From assembly GCA_019828565.1 (NCBI GenBank), contig JAHDYR010000064.1, positions 434,001 to 498,000 on the forward strand: 64,000 nt of DNA, read 5' to 3'. Of this stretch, positions 45,560 through 57,449 are shown piece after piece. Every line of letters begins with the position of its first letter. Within the stretch, counting starts at the first letter, position 1. Under the pieces are notes generated by a model. It made no database searches, was not told where the DNA came from, and saw nothing but the letters and a program-made list of their open reading frames with translations. Position numbers and translations under genes: made by a program. The DNA is from Carpediemonas membranifera BICM (lineage: Eukaryota > Protista > Fornicata).

Positions 45560-46568
45560 TCTCATAAACATAACCATCTCAAGCTTTATTTTACACTTCC
45601 ATGCCCGCTAACCGAGCTTGTGTGAAGCGTATTTCCTTGTGTGGCACCTGGTCTGCTCGTGTGTTCAATGGATTTTTTTTATCCAATCATTTTTTACATT
45701 CATGACCAGCCCGCGGCAACCCCAAGCGGAGCCTGGATTTGCATCAGGCGTCGCGAAGAGATGATGGGATTAAACGTTGGCAAGGGCGATAGTACTCTGC
45801 GCTAATCTGCACCATACTTATACATATTTTTTTTGCCGCTCGTTTACGGAATACATGTGCTCCCTTGCCAACATAAACGACGCTTTGCACCTACTATGGC
45901 CATCGGAAGAGCCATGCTGCTCCGATCCCAGTCGCCCGCCGACAACGGCTGACCTCCCGCATCAAACCTCGATAGGAGTAAGCTGCGACACTTACTGAGT
46001 GCAGACGTCTGTTATACACAGCGCTTCTACATATCAGGGGACTGTTGCAGACATTTTTTTGTCCGTACCAGAACTCTGGGTTGGGCAAATCCGAGGCCAA
46101 TTACATGGTGCTGGTAGACTCAGGTGCTGGAATAAAGCTGTGGTCTGGCAGACACAGCTACACTGATGCAGCTATACGGATCGTCTCTCAGCCACACGTG
46201 TCAAAAGGCCCAATCCCACTAACACACACTGCCTCACTGATGTAATCCATGCCTGGCAGGGTACTCGACCGGTCTCATCTGATGCTTCAGAGTCACGGCT
46301 GAGGCCACAGTGATACAGGCGATCCCCCTCCAAGGCCCACAGCTGTGTCGAGCTTGAGTCGATGAATGCCCCCATGGTGTGTTGTCATCGACTCAGTGCA
46401 GTTTATGTAAAGTTAGATTAAATACGTAAACGGATTACCTAGAGGCGCCCCTACACCACAGTCCCGCCCTCGACAGGGACGGGCCCACCGACACAGGGAT
46501 CGACTGAGCGTTTCGTCGGAGTTTTTGGTTGCAACAGTAAGGCCGAAATTCAGCATCCAAAGTTCAGA

Positions 46569-47276
46569 ATGCGGAGTGCGCGACCATCGCTCCTCTCGCC
46601 ACGGCTTGTTGAGAAGTACAATAGGACTGAACGAAAGAATAGCATGACAGAATCTCTGTTCTCCGCGTCATCGTCGCGTTTGGACCTCCTCGCCCCATTA
46701 TCACCGCGACAGTCATACGCAAGCTTGCTAACCGAACAAATTCAGCCTAGCAAACCAAAAGACAGCCCCGAGCTCCAAAGGCAGCAGCAAGAGGTCAATC
46801 GGCTGCGAGCTGAGCTCGACCAGTTGGACTCCCGGGAGCGGTTGCTCACCGAGCGGCCCTCGCACGCCCGGGTTGTTTCGCCCACCTCGGTTGCGTCGAG
46901 CGGTGCCCAGGGCCCCTTTGATGGCCAGCGCCAGGCGGATTCCATTACTCCAGAGTTCGAGCCCGCGGGGGAGTGGCGAACGGGGCCTGTTGACGACGAA
47001 TTCATCCTCAACGAGGGCATCCGCATGATTTACAACGGCGATACGCTTGTTTTCTGGGCGGACATGGACCGGCACGTTCTCCTGTGGGGCACCCCGCCTG
47101 ACCCCGAGGGCGGCGTGCCTTTGGAGGTCATCACCGACATATCCATCGACTGGTCTGAGCTTACCGTCCGGATTGATATGAAGCGCGGCGGACTGGTTGC
47201 TGTTGGGTCCAGCAAACGTGCCATCCGACGCTGGGTGGAAGCTCTCGAGCGTCAGGTCGGCCTGTATGGGGACTGA
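46569..47276 (+). CDS. Hypothetical protein, coiled coil plus PH-like C-terminus
   Basis: 235-aa ORF ending in a '..RAIRRWVEALE' helix typical of PH folds. Confidence 0.55.
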   Translation: MRSARPSLLSPRLVEKYNRTERKNSMTESLFSASSSRLDLLAPLSPRQSYASLLTEQIQPSKPKDSPELQRQQQEVNRLRAELDQLDSRERLLTERPSHARVVSPTSVASSGAQGPFDGQRQADSITPEFEPAGEWRTGPVDDEFILNEGIRMIYNGDTLVFWADMDRHVLLWGTPPDPEGGVPLEVITDISIDWSELTVRIDMKRGGLVAVGSSKRAIRRWVEALERQVGLYGD

Positions 47277-47627
47277 ACAGCCGCATTGCAATATCGATGA
47301 GACTCAGAGCCTACATGAATAGCTATGTAAATGGAAGTCAGCCTCTGGAACACCGTGATTTCCGGGCTGCCGGAGAGACGCATCAGTGTCCGGCATTCCT
47401 AATGTCACCTGTGGGACATTAGCCATGCTGTTGTCCAGCCTAGGCCTGTGAATGTGATGTCCTTATTGTATAACCCGCGACGATGGTCGCAGTTCACCTC
47501 CGTTTCGACTCTTCACCCGGCCGGCCCAATAGACCACTATTCTGCGATTTCGCAGTTTTAGCAACAAAACTCTCAAAACCCTTTTTCTTCGTTTGTTCTC
47601 CTTAGTTTTTGCTATTTACAAAGCACC

Positions 47628-48209
47628 ATGAGCATGAAACTTGTCATGATGGGCGCTGGTTCCGTCGGTAAGTCCGCTATCACCATCCAGTTCGTCAATC
47701 ATCAGTTCGTGACGGAATATGACCCCACCAGTTCGTTTACCCCCTTCTGGTTCGCTTACACAGTCGCTGATTCATATAAGAAGCCCGCTGCTATCGATGG
47801 GAAGCAGGTGATGCTCGACATTCTCGATACTGCCGGCCAGGATGACTTCGTGTCTGTCCGTGACAGCTACTTCGGTGCCGGCGAGGGCTTTTTGCTGGTG
47901 TTTGACGTATCTTCGAGATCTTCTCTCGAGGAAATCGAGTCGCTCCGTGACCAAATCCTGCGCGTCAAGGACGCCAAGAAGTTCCCCATGGTCATGGTCG
48001 GAAACAAGTGCGATCTCCCCGCAGAGGAGCACAAGGTCTCTGAGGACGAGGCCCGGGCCCTGGCCGAGTCCTTTGGGATCCCCTTCTTCAAGACGTCTGC
48101 CAAGGAGCAGATCAACATCGAGGAGTCATTCCATGCCCTTGTTCGCGAGGTCTGGAACTCCAGGCCCGCTGAGAAGAAGAGCGGCGGCGGTGGCTGCCTC
48201 GTGCTCTGA
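47628..48209 (+). CDS. Ras-family small GTPase; in-frame intron 47731-47763
   Basis: GAGSVGKS, YDPTIADSY (spliced), DTAGQ, NKCD, TSAK and CaaX CLVL. Confidence 0.93.
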   Translation: MSMKLVMMGAGSVGKSAITIQFVNHQFVTEYDPTSSFTPFWFAYTVADSYKKPAAIDGKQVMLDILDTAGQDDFVSVRDSYFGAGEGFLLVFDVSSRSSLEEIESLRDQILRVKDAKKFPMVMVGNKCDLPAEEHKVSEDEARALAESFGIPFFKTSAKEQINIEESFHALVREVWNSRPAEKKSGGGGCLVL

Positions 48210-48415
48210 TTCGCTTTCATAAACGTTGTCGTGCGATCGACACCATGTTCCACCGGGCATGACACGAATGATTGGTCAACCGCTCATTGTCCTTATGGCT
48301 GGACCGTGATCTGAAATCGGCCAGCTGTCACTCATACCGCCCCCGATGAGCTACCACCAAATGATTTACGTTAGTTACATGTCCACAATAATAACTGTCT
48401 GATGGCAAGAGAACA

Positions 48416-49942
48416 ATGCCTCTTAGTGGCCCGGAACTGCGGAAAGCCGCACCAGCTGAGGCCGAAAAGCGCGATAATCAGAGCCAAGAGTCGTGTGAGC
48501 ACGCCATGTTGACGGCAAGCGGCATGTGCACGTCCTGCGGGAATGTCATGCCAAAGCAAGTGAAGCGCCGTCGTTCCATTGTAGTTGACGGCGAGAAGAT
48601 GTATATAACGAATGAAGGAGCCACTATGATCTCCAAATCCCGCTCAGAACATCTCAAATCGGAGAAGAAGCTCGCCATAGTCCTCGACCTCGACCACACC
48701 TTCGTCCACACCGTCGACGGCCGCGGATCACTGGTATCGCTCATTGAGCAGCGTTGGGGCGATGCCAAGGAGGATGATCAGACATTCACGAAGGCCCGAA
48801 AGCCGGTGCTGATCACGTACACGACGGAGTGGTTCGAGACGAAGGTCGAGAGCACCATCACGGCCAAGTGCTTCGGTCTCATGTGCATCAGACCTGGCAC
48901 CAAGGAGTTCCTGGCGGAGCTGTCCAAGAAGTACCATGTCTTCGCCTTCTCTCAGGGCATCCGCGTCTACGTTAACGCCGTCCTCGACGAGCTGACTGAC
49001 GGTGAGTCTGTCTGCATCAACAGCGCGGACATCTTCGCCCGGGACTCGTCCAATGCAATGAGCAAGAAGACGCAGGACCGCATCTTCCCGAACCTGGGGG
49101 ACTCTGAGTCTCTCGCCCTTGTCCTCGACGACCGCACGGACGTGTGGGAGGGCCACTCGAACGTCATCAAGGTCGAGCCGTACACATTCCTGTCGCCTGA
49201 CGCGATGCGCCCGTATAATGCCAGTTTTGCGGCACAACTGGCCGCTTTTTACGACGCCGAGATTCGGCCAACCAACCCGCGACATGACTTCTGGAACAGC
49301 GGGTCGACGGTCACGCCGCCCGTACCATGCAAACAGGAAGTATCTCTTTTCGACGACCTCGCTGCATCTGATCACGAGATTGAGAAGATCAAGCGTAATC
49401 TTTTTGACGATTCCCGGATCAACTCCCTCTTCGACTCCGACTCCGAGCCCGATTCCGACTCTGAGGCCCCCGCCCTGACCGCCACCCGCCCCTTTGCCCC
49501 CTACCCCCGCCGCCCGACGCTGTACCACCTGAACCAGTACGCGGCCAAGCACGGCGAGACCGAGGCCATGGACGCCCAGCTCAGCGCCCTCCTCGGGGTC
49601 CTTGGGGACGTCCACGCGGCGTACTACATGGACCCTGAGGCTGGGTCAGTCCCCGCCCTGCTGGAGGCAAGGTTCAAGGAGGTCCTACAGGGCACCAGGG
49701 TCGCATTCCACCCGGTCACTGCGGCGGAGGGCAGTGCCGCTGAGGTACACCAGCTGGTAGAGGTGTTCGGCGGCGTCGTCGTGGCGGGGTCGGATCCCAC
49801 CCTCACCCACTGGGTCGGCGAGCGGGGGGCCCTCAGACCGAGCTCCCTGCCGGATGGGGCGCATGCAGTCACTGTCGACTGGCTGTTCTACAGCTGTTGG
49901 CTGTGGCGTCGCCAGCCTGAGACGCGTTTCTCTACTTCCTGA
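48416..49942 (+). CDS. FCP1: RNA polymerase II CTD phosphatase FCP1-like
   Basis: LAIVLDLDHTFVH (DxDxT), IRPG..EFL, VLDDRTDVW and a C-terminal BRCT (THWV..VTVDWLFYS..W.RQPE). Confidence 0.85.
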   Translation: MPLSGPELRKAAPAEAEKRDNQSQESCEHAMLTASGMCTSCGNVMPKQVKRRRSIVVDGEKMYITNEGATMISKSRSEHLKSEKKLAIVLDLDHTFVHTVDGRGSLVSLIEQRWGDAKEDDQTFTKARKPVLITYTTEWFETKVESTITAKCFGLMCIRPGTKEFLAELSKKYHVFAFSQGIRVYVNAVLDELTDGESVCINSADIFARDSSNAMSKKTQDRIFPNLGDSESLALVLDDRTDVWEGHSNVIKVEPYTFLSPDAMRPYNASFAAQLAAFYDAEIRPTNPRHDFWNSGSTVTPPVPCKQEVSLFDDLAASDHEIEKIKRNLFDDSRINSLFDSDSEPDSDSEAPALTATRPFAPYPRRPTLYHLNQYAAKHGETEAMDAQLSALLGVLGDVHAAYYMDPEAGSVPALLEARFKEVLQGTRVAFHPVTAAEGSAAEVHQLVEVFGGVVVAGSDPTLTHWVGERGALRPSSLPDGAHAVTVDWLFYSCWLWRRQPETRFSTS

Positions 49943-49974
49943 ACGTGTTCGACGATTCCGCATTTTATGTCACG

Positions 49975-50576
49975 ATGGACGCGAAAGCAATTATGGATGA
50001 TCAAACGAATCGGGATGTGCAAGATGGCGCAAATGACTGGATTAACATACAGGAAGTGATACGCGACTCGTTTATAGTGTTGAACGGGATCGTTGAGGCC
50101 CAGCAGGGAAAGCAACAAATATTCAGGGATCGACAAGCTGTACTGGAGAACTCGGTCGTCGAGATGCAAAACGCCGCAGATGCCGCCTTGTCGGCCAACT
50201 CGGCCTATAACGTCGACTCCATTGTAGAGTCGCTCATGCAGCGCCTTCACATGAATCCAACGAGCACAGTAACTTCCGACAGGCTACGGCGGATTGAGAC
50301 CAAGCTGAGCTGCTCGAAGAGGCAGCTGAGCCGCTTCTCTCCTCTGATAGCACGGCCGAGTTGAATACCCGCATGACGGACATCGAGCAGACTATCAGCG
50401 GGGTGAGCGACCTCCTGAAGCAGCAAGCGAAGTCGATCGACCCCGTCAAGGTGCACCAGGCACTGATGCGCAAGGTAGACGTCACCACGCTCGAGCGGCA
50501 GCTGGACGAGCTGCGGCGGGCCATTGGGCGGAAGGTGGACCGGGCGGAGTTCCAGGCCCGGGTCGAGAACCTGTAG
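49975..50576 (+). CDS. Hypothetical coiled-coil protein (intron likely near 50310-50360)
   Basis: Two adjacent coding-like ORFs in different frames. Confidence 0.45.
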
Positions 50577-50865
50577 CATAAACGGCAGGGCATGCAGTGA
50601 GACCTTGTGGCCAGTAAGATCCCAGCGAAGCCGCGTTGTAGGATTCGACTCGGTCCGACTCCCTGTCGAAGTGATGAACATGGACACGATAAAGACGCTA
50701 GCAAGTGTTTGTTCTCGGCTAGATTCACTTATATAGGTCAAACACGAGCTCTGCGCCATATTTTACTTCACATTTGAGGAGGACCATGTCGCTGCGGCCA
50801 TTCGGGGAGAGCCGAATGCACTGGCAGTCTTCTCGGGCAAGAAAATCTTCCTTGCGGCGTTATCC

Positions 50866-51564
50866 ATGCATATGGTAATGCAGAAAATCGAAAGAGAGGC
50901 GCTACCGCCCCATTGGCTGACGACTGTGGAGAACACCCTCTCCAAGGTGCTCGCCCGGAAGTATCCGCACTGTGCCGGGCTCAATGACGCATTCTTCTCC
51001 TTCCTGTACTACCATAGTCTGAGTGCCTGCTCGTTACAGCCATCTCTCAAGCTCTCTGGCGAGTGCCTCAAGCTCGTCGGCACGATAGCCGCCACGGATG
51101 GCGATTCTGACGCACACGTGCCTGAATCAGCCATCGAGTGCCCGGATGAGACAGTAGAGGACCCTAGGATAGCGATGATAGCGAGAAAGGTCGAGAAGGA
51201 CAGCCCCAGGTCCGCCCGGGCCCTGCTGATGGGTGGCAGAGTCAGGCTGATCCCAGCCACGGCCCTCGCAGTCAAGACAGCACCACCCCCGCCGCCGTCC
51301 GACTTGCAGTACACCCCATCACTCAATTACCGCGGCATTCTCACGGAGTACTGTCAGAAGCACGGCGGCGCCCCACCGTCGTACGAGACCGCCCCTGCCA
51401 CCCCGCCGCCTGGTGAGAGGAATTGGTTCAAGAGCACATTGACGATGACTGTAGGCGGCAACCTCGTTGTACTGGAGGCTGAGGCCAAGAGCAAGAAAGA
51501 GGCCATGAGTCTGGTGTCGTTCGACGCCGTCACCCGACACATCGCCCACAAGGTCCCCCGCTGA
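50866..51564 (+). CDS. Protein with C-terminal double-stranded RNA-binding domain (5' end uncertain)
   Basis: NYRGILTEYCQK...PSY...FKSTL...AKSKKEA dsRBD consensus. Confidence 0.7.
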   Translation: MHMVMQKIEREALPPHWLTTVENTLSKVLARKYPHCAGLNDAFFSFLYYHSLSACSLQPSLKLSGECLKLVGTIAATDGDSDAHVPESAIECPDETVEDPRIAMIARKVEKDSPRSARALLMGGRVRLIPATALAVKTAPPPPPSDLQYTPSLNYRGILTEYCQKHGGAPPSYETAPATPPPGERNWFKSTLTMTVGGNLVVLEAEAKSKKEAMSLVSFDAVTRHIAHKVPR

Positions 51565-51689
51565 GCCTGCATGGCAGCGGTTAATGTGAACAGCCATAAA
51601 GTTGGGCGGCTTTCCCGCAATTTCCGATTTTCCTGATTTATCGTTTATGATTCATCATGTATTTGTCAGCACCATGCACACATCACGAC

Positions 51690-52154
51690 ATGGAGACATC
51701 AGACAATGCACGTGGTATAGCACAGCGCCATGTGCATCTGGAAGAAGGGCGGAACTACGAAACGACAGACGAACCGAACCGCGGGTCTCGTGCGATTCAC
51801 AAAACCGGCGCTCGTCGCCGTCGCCGGCAGGAAACCTTCTCCACGTACATCTACAAGGTTCTCCGTACCGTTCACAGCGACACTGGTATCTCCAACAAGG
51901 CCATGAACATCATGAACTCCTTCATGAACGATATCTTCGACCAGATCTGCGAGGACGCCACGCGCCTTGCTCAGATCAACAAGCGCAAGACCCTCTCCCA
52001 ACGCGAGGTCGCCACCGCCACCCGCCTCATCATCCCCGGTGAGCTGTCCCGCCACGCCCTGTCTGAGGGCAACAAGGCCGTCTCCGCCATGAACACCTCG
52101 CGGGAGCAAGATCGCGAGCTGAGCGACGGGCAGGAAGGCGAGGGTGAGGATTAA
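51690..52154 (+). CDS. Histone H2B variant
   Basis: [41 protein letters not shown]...[16 protein letters not shown]. Confidence 0.88.
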   Translation: METSDNARGIAQRHVHLEEGRNYETTDEPNRGSRAIHKTGARRRRRQETFSTYIYKVLRTVHSDTGISNKAMNIMNSFMNDIFDQICEDATRLAQINKRKTLSQREVATATRLIIPGELSRHALSEGNKAVSAMNTSREQDRELSDGQEGEGED

Positions 52155-52568
52155 ACGTAACGAATGTGCATACGTGTGGCAAAGAACCAGGGGATGGATG
52201 CAAGTGCTGCCGGGGTCTCACGTTGGTCTGACCAACGGCACAATCAGGCCCAAGTGAATGGCCATCACGATAGCCATACTGCATCCCCGGGGAGCATGTC
52301 GGACCCGGGTAAACGTGTTTGAATCATTTGATTTCCATTTCGGAACTTCTATGATGCTGAAGATGAAACATCTCACCCAGAGACATTTCTTGACCACCAA
52401 CAATCCCGGTTTCGACTGAATATAGCGGCCAGAGGTCAGTCAAACGCGTTTTGACACTGGGATATTCAGGGTTCCCATGGCATTGGCCCTGAGATCGCCA
52501 GGGAAATCGTGGATCGAGGGCATGTGCTCATATCCGTCAAAGCCTGCAGATTTTTTTTCTTACACACA

Positions 52569-53960
52569 ATGCGTCTCCTTGCTGTTACTCTCCTTGCGGC
52601 CGTGTGCCTTGCAGTTTCGATCCAGCAGCCGTGCTCTTCATACGTGTGCCGTTACACGGCCACTGTCGTGAAGACCGACGACCCCACCACTCACCACGAT
52701 CTGGACATCAACCACAAGATCATCGGCCAGTCCCTTGGCCTGTCCATCTCCATTAACGGTGGCGAGGATAAGTACGTCCCCTCCTCCAGCGGCGACTCCT
52801 ACTGGTTCGCCCACGTCCACGGCGACAAGACTGAGTGCGATGCTTCCTCCTTCGATGAGGTCACTGGCATGTACGCTTTCTTCATCCTGCCCTTCCTTGA
52901 GGCCTCCAAGTTCGTCCACGTTGGCCCTACTCACTTCTTCGGCGTGAAGGCCGAGATGTACCACTTCGACTCCGCCGATATCGTCCTCAACCTCTACGTC
53001 GACGCCTCCACTGGCATGCCCCTCGGTGGTGAGACCTCCGCCGCCTCCATGTCCTGGTCCTTCGTGTACACTAACATCAAGGCTGGTGTCAACGACGCCG
53101 ATGCCTGGAAGATCCCCTCCTCCTGCGGCAACTCCGCCGTCGACGCCGCCCGCCTCTACGGCAACTTCATGCACTACACACACGAGGAGCTCCTCGCCAT
53201 GGGCGCTACCTACCACGAGGTTCCTGAGGGCTTCAACGCCGCCTCCTCCGCCGTTGACTACACCGCTGGCCCCACCCACACCGCTCCCGCCGTCCTCGAC
53301 CAGGGCATGTGCGGCTCCTGCTGGGCCCACGCCACCGTCTCCTCGCTCTTCGGCCAGATCCGCAAGGCTTCCGCCAAGGGCATCGCCGTCCCCCAGGGCT
53401 TCATGCCTTCCCGCCAGTTTCTGATGGACTTCGCTCCCGCCGACATTGGTGACGGCTGCGAGGGCGGCTCTCCCCCGGCCATCTTCCAGTGGCTCCAGAC
53501 CGCCGGCCCTATCCCGACCGAGGCCGCCTACCCCTACCAGGAGGTCGACCACAAGTGCGACATCTCTGGCATCCCCTCGAACCTCATGTACCCCGCTGGC
53601 CTCGTGAAGGCTGTTAAGATAGTACCGGAAGGCGACGAGGCTGCTCTCCTCCACGCTCTCCAGACTGTCGGCCCCATCGCCATCGGTGTCTGTGACGACC
53701 TCCCCGGCTTCCAGGGCACCGACCGCATTGCCAAGACCACCCAGAAGTGCACTCCCGACAAGATCGGCCACGCTGTGACCCTTGTTGGCGCTGGTGTCGA
53801 CGAGATCACCGGCGAGGAGTACTGGGAGGTGCAGAACTCGTGGAGCTATATGTGGCGCGACTCCGGCCGTATCCGCATCGCCCGTAACCGCGGCGACCAG
53901 TACGGTGTTGCCCTCATGGCGGCCTACCCCGTCATCGATGCCTCCAAGATCCCCTTCTAA
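52569..53960 (+). CDS. Papain-family (C1A) cysteine protease with long N-terminal extension
   Basis: Signal peptide; DQGMCGSCWA, GCEGG, GHAV and QNSW catalytic motifs. Confidence 0.9.
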   Translation: MRLLAVTLLAAVCLAVSIQQPCSSYVCRYTATVVKTDDPTTHHDLDINHKIIGQSLGLSISINGGEDKYVPSSSGDSYWFAHVHGDKTECDASSFDEVTGMYAFFILPFLEASKFVHVGPTHFFGVKAEMYHFDSADIVLNLYVDASTGMPLGGETSAASMSWSFVYTNIKAGVNDADAWKIPSSCGNSAVDAARLYGNFMHYTHEELLAMGATYHEVPEGFNAASSAVDYTAGPTHTAPAVLDQGMCGSCWAHATVSSLFGQIRKASAKGIAVPQGFMPSRQFLMDFAPADIGDGCEGGSPPAIFQWLQTAGPIPTEAAYPYQEVDHKCDISGIPSNLMYPAGLVKAVKIVPEGDEAALLHALQTVGPIAIGVCDDLPGFQGTDRIAKTTQKCTPDKIGHAVTLVGAGVDEITGEEYWEVQNSWSYMWRDSGRIRIARNRGDQYGVALMAAYPVIDASKIPF

Positions 53961-54084
53961 ATGTCTATGAAGCACTGCTGTTGTGACTTCTTTCTGCGGC
54001 CATAATCCAGGGCTTCCCTAATTGATACTGGCCCAGTGCAGTTTTATGGAATCAACTTTTATGTCCATGCCCGTGTTTTTAAAT

Positions 54085-56024
54085 CTAATGACAGTCAGCG
54101 TACAGTGCTGCGATCTCATCCTCAAAATACTCGCCTAGCTTGTTACGCCGCAGCTTGAATGTGGCCGTGAGCAGCTCGTTGCTGGGGTCGAACAGCTCGG
54201 ACGTCAGATGGAACGCCGCGATGCGCATGAACGAGGGCAGCTTCTCCTCGGCGCGGTACTTGTCGAAGTCCTCGGTCAGGCGGGCGACGAGGCGGGGGTC
54301 CTGGCCGTCCACGATCTTGGCAGCCTCCTCGGTGGCGCAGCCGAGCATCTCGACGACGGTGGGCAGATCGACCGAGATGACGGCGACGAGCTTGCTCTCA
54401 TCCGAGGACCCGTGGACCCACATCTGGTCGACGAGTGCGGCGTTGCCGTAGATGGCCTCGAGGTTCTCGGGGGAGACGTACTCGCCCTGTGAGAGCTTGA
54501 AGATGTTCTTCTTACGGTCCACGATAGAGACCTTCTTGCCGTCCACGAAGCGGGCAATGTCGCCCGTCGCGAACCAGCCCTCCTCGTCGAAGGCGCGCCT
54601 CGTTTCCTCGTCGTTGTGGTAGTACTCGCCGAAGACGGCCGGGCCACGGAGCATGATCTCCCCGGCATTGCCGCCCTCGTAGCCCATCTCGGGGACGGGG
54701 GCCAGCTTGAGCTCCATGTTAGGCACGGCCGGGCCGACGTTGGTGACGGACGTGTCGCCGACGTGTTGCACGCAGCAGGCGGCGACGCACTCAGTGAGGC
54801 CATAGCCCTGGATGAAGTGGGCCGAGAAGGCGGCCGACATGAACTCCTGGACCTTCTCGGACAGGGGCGCGCCGCCCGAGATGAAGAGCTGAAGGTTGTT
54901 GCCGAAACCTGCGCGGAACTCCTCAAATATCTTGTCGAACACGGAGAGGATAGCGCCAGTGCGGCGCATGCGGGCCATCTTGTACTTGAGGGCGAGCTTG
55001 AAGATAGATTGCTTGAGCATGCTCTCGGCGCCGACCTTCTTCATGACGCCGTCGAAGATTCGCGTGTAGACGCGGGGCACGCCGACGAAGACGTTTGGCC
55101 GAGCCAAAGCGAGGTCGGAGAGGATGTTGTCGAGGCTGCCGCTGTAGAAGCAGACCGTGCCCGTCACGTAGATGCCGACGGCGAAGATGGCCCGCTCCAG
55201 GACGTGGGCGAGGGGCAGGTAGCTGAAGTAGACGGCATTCTCGTTGAGCTGGGGGATGCCGTGGGTGTAATAGCCCACCGCTGAGGCGATGAAGTTCGAG
55301 TGGGTCAGAACGACGCCCTTGGGGACGCCAGTGGTGCCGGACGTGTAGATGATGGAGGCGACGTCCGAGGGCTTGGGCGGGTTGGGCGGGGTGATGTCAG
55401 TGACGCTATTGATGGCTTCATACAGGAATGACACCGCGACGCCCCTGTCCTCGAGGGAGGCCAGTGCCGCGAGGAGGTTGGTGTCGAGGGTCGCGCGGTC
55501 CTGGATGACAATGAGGTGCTTCACAACGATGTCATCTGGCATTCCAGTATCCATTGTCAGTGCGTCTATGGTCGTATGAGCCCTGTCAGCGCTGCACACC
55601 ACGGCTGAGACGGCGGCGTGGGCGAGAATGAAGTTGATCTCCCGGGCCGTGAGGGAGTCGTAGAAGGGCACTGTGATGATGCTGCTGCGGTTGGCCGCCT
55701 GCTCGGCGAGCACCCATCTGTGTAAGGGCGGCGTTGTCAGGCGTACTCGGGTGCGTTCGGGGAGAAGATACTGAGGCGGTCTCCAGCCTGCAGTCCAAAA
55801 GAAGAAAAGACGGTTGACAGCTTTTTGATCTGCTTTCTGACGTCTTTCATTCCTCTAAAAACAAAATCACCGAGAGAGCCATCTGGGAGGGTCTCTCGGC
55901 ATCCACAGAAGGGCCTGTCGTAGTATCGGCGTGAAGCTGATTGCCAATTCTCCCAAAGCGTAGTGATTCGTATCTGTGGGTCCTCAAGGTCCACTAAATG
56001 CGGTAGTTCCGGTTCAGGCGCCAT
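54085..56024 (-). CDS. Long-chain acyl-CoA synthetase; intron 55718-55746
   Basis: IIYTSGTTGVPKG, SYLPLAH, QGYGLTE, GWFATGD and DRKKNIFKLSQGEYVSPE. Confidence 0.93.
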
Positions 56025-56584
56025 GCCTTGGCCAATTACGAATGTCGATTATCTCCACGTAAGTCCGCTACCCTTTTTGGTGTGTGACAGGTGGGCGCTC
56101 AAGCTGGGACTTTTCAACCCGCTGGAGTTCCTTCCAGTGGACCCTTTTGCCTAAGCCAGCGTTTACGTATTTAAACCATTTGTAGTTAGCATATGTGTAT
56201 CCATGACCGGTCAACCAACGCCATTTTACTGTGAAATTAATGGAGTTGCGTAAGTAGCCAGATCAGAATGAGAGAAAGACCAGCATATCGCCATTCAAGT
56301 TTTTTGCGATCCCAGGCCGCCCCAGCCCGACCGTGGCTTACGAACGTCCAGATTCTGACGCCACAAGACTGGTGTACTCCACCGTATCTGTCGATATCTG
56401 ACATCCGATGAATGTGGGCCGATGCAGACTACACCTGTGGAGGTACAGGATATGAGCTGTCTTTATGTCGAGTTGATAAATGAAGCAACTGCAGACCGTA
56501 CGAGTGCACAACACACCATGACCGTATGGCTGAGCTGCATAAATGTCGGCCCCAATCACGCACTAAGAACTTTATAAGTCCGCT

Positions 56585-57271
56585 CTACTGCGACACAGCC
56601 GGGTTGCCCACGGGCGACTGGACAAACTGCGGTGGTGCGTACCCGAAGGGTGTGAGGCGCTGTATTGGGTAGGCCATCATGCCGAACACAGGGGCCGACA
56701 CCGTCTCCGCCGGCGGGGCGTTGATCGACGTCGCCTGGGCCAGTGTACATGAACGAGTGCCCAGCGATGCTGCGGCCAGAGCTGAGCATGGCGTAGAGCG
56801 GCTGGTACGATGGAACGGGATTCGGCGGGATGCTGATCGACGGTGCCTTCCTCTTGACGGCTGCCGTGGGTCCACTGAGCTCGGACATGGGGCCCGACGC
56901 CTCGCCATGCTGTGGGGTCGCGAGGACGACGGGGATCTCGGGGCCCTGGACAGGAGGGTTCTGGGGCGCTACCTGCTCACTGGCAGTCTGCAGCCGTGCG
57001 GTGCTCCTCTACGCCGTGGCGACGGATGATGCGGCTGTAGCGTGCCATGTTGTCGTTGATGGGGTGGGACGAGAACTGGTAGTTCTTGCCCTGCCAGCAC
57101 AGTGTGAGGGATGGTGGGGGGACGAACGCTGATGAGTACGATGATGTTTGAGTCCGTGAGGACGGCGAGCCCGTGGGCTTTCTTGAGAAGTCCGAATCGC
57201 CTCTTCATGAAGGTGACGCTGCGCGCTCTATCGTCTGCTAATGCTTGAATCTTGATCTTTCACCTGCCCAT
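56585..57271 (-). pseudogene. MEF2-type MADS-box transcription factor, disrupted
   Basis: [36 protein letters not shown] with TGA at codon 4 (57260-62); intron 57091-57127; GKNYQFSS; further stop/frame changes downstream. Confidence 0.7.
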
Positions 57272-57449
57272 GATTGCTGGGTGCTGTCCTAATGGTGTTT
57301 TGCCGCTTCACTGCGTCGTGACAAAAATAGCGAGCAGTCGGCGCAGTCGGCCGTCATGGGTTACCGACCCGCCGCTCGTGCTGATCAGGTCTGGTCAACT
57401 ACAACTGGAACTGCCGTGGGCAGCCCACACGTGCTCTGGCGCTCTCTGT

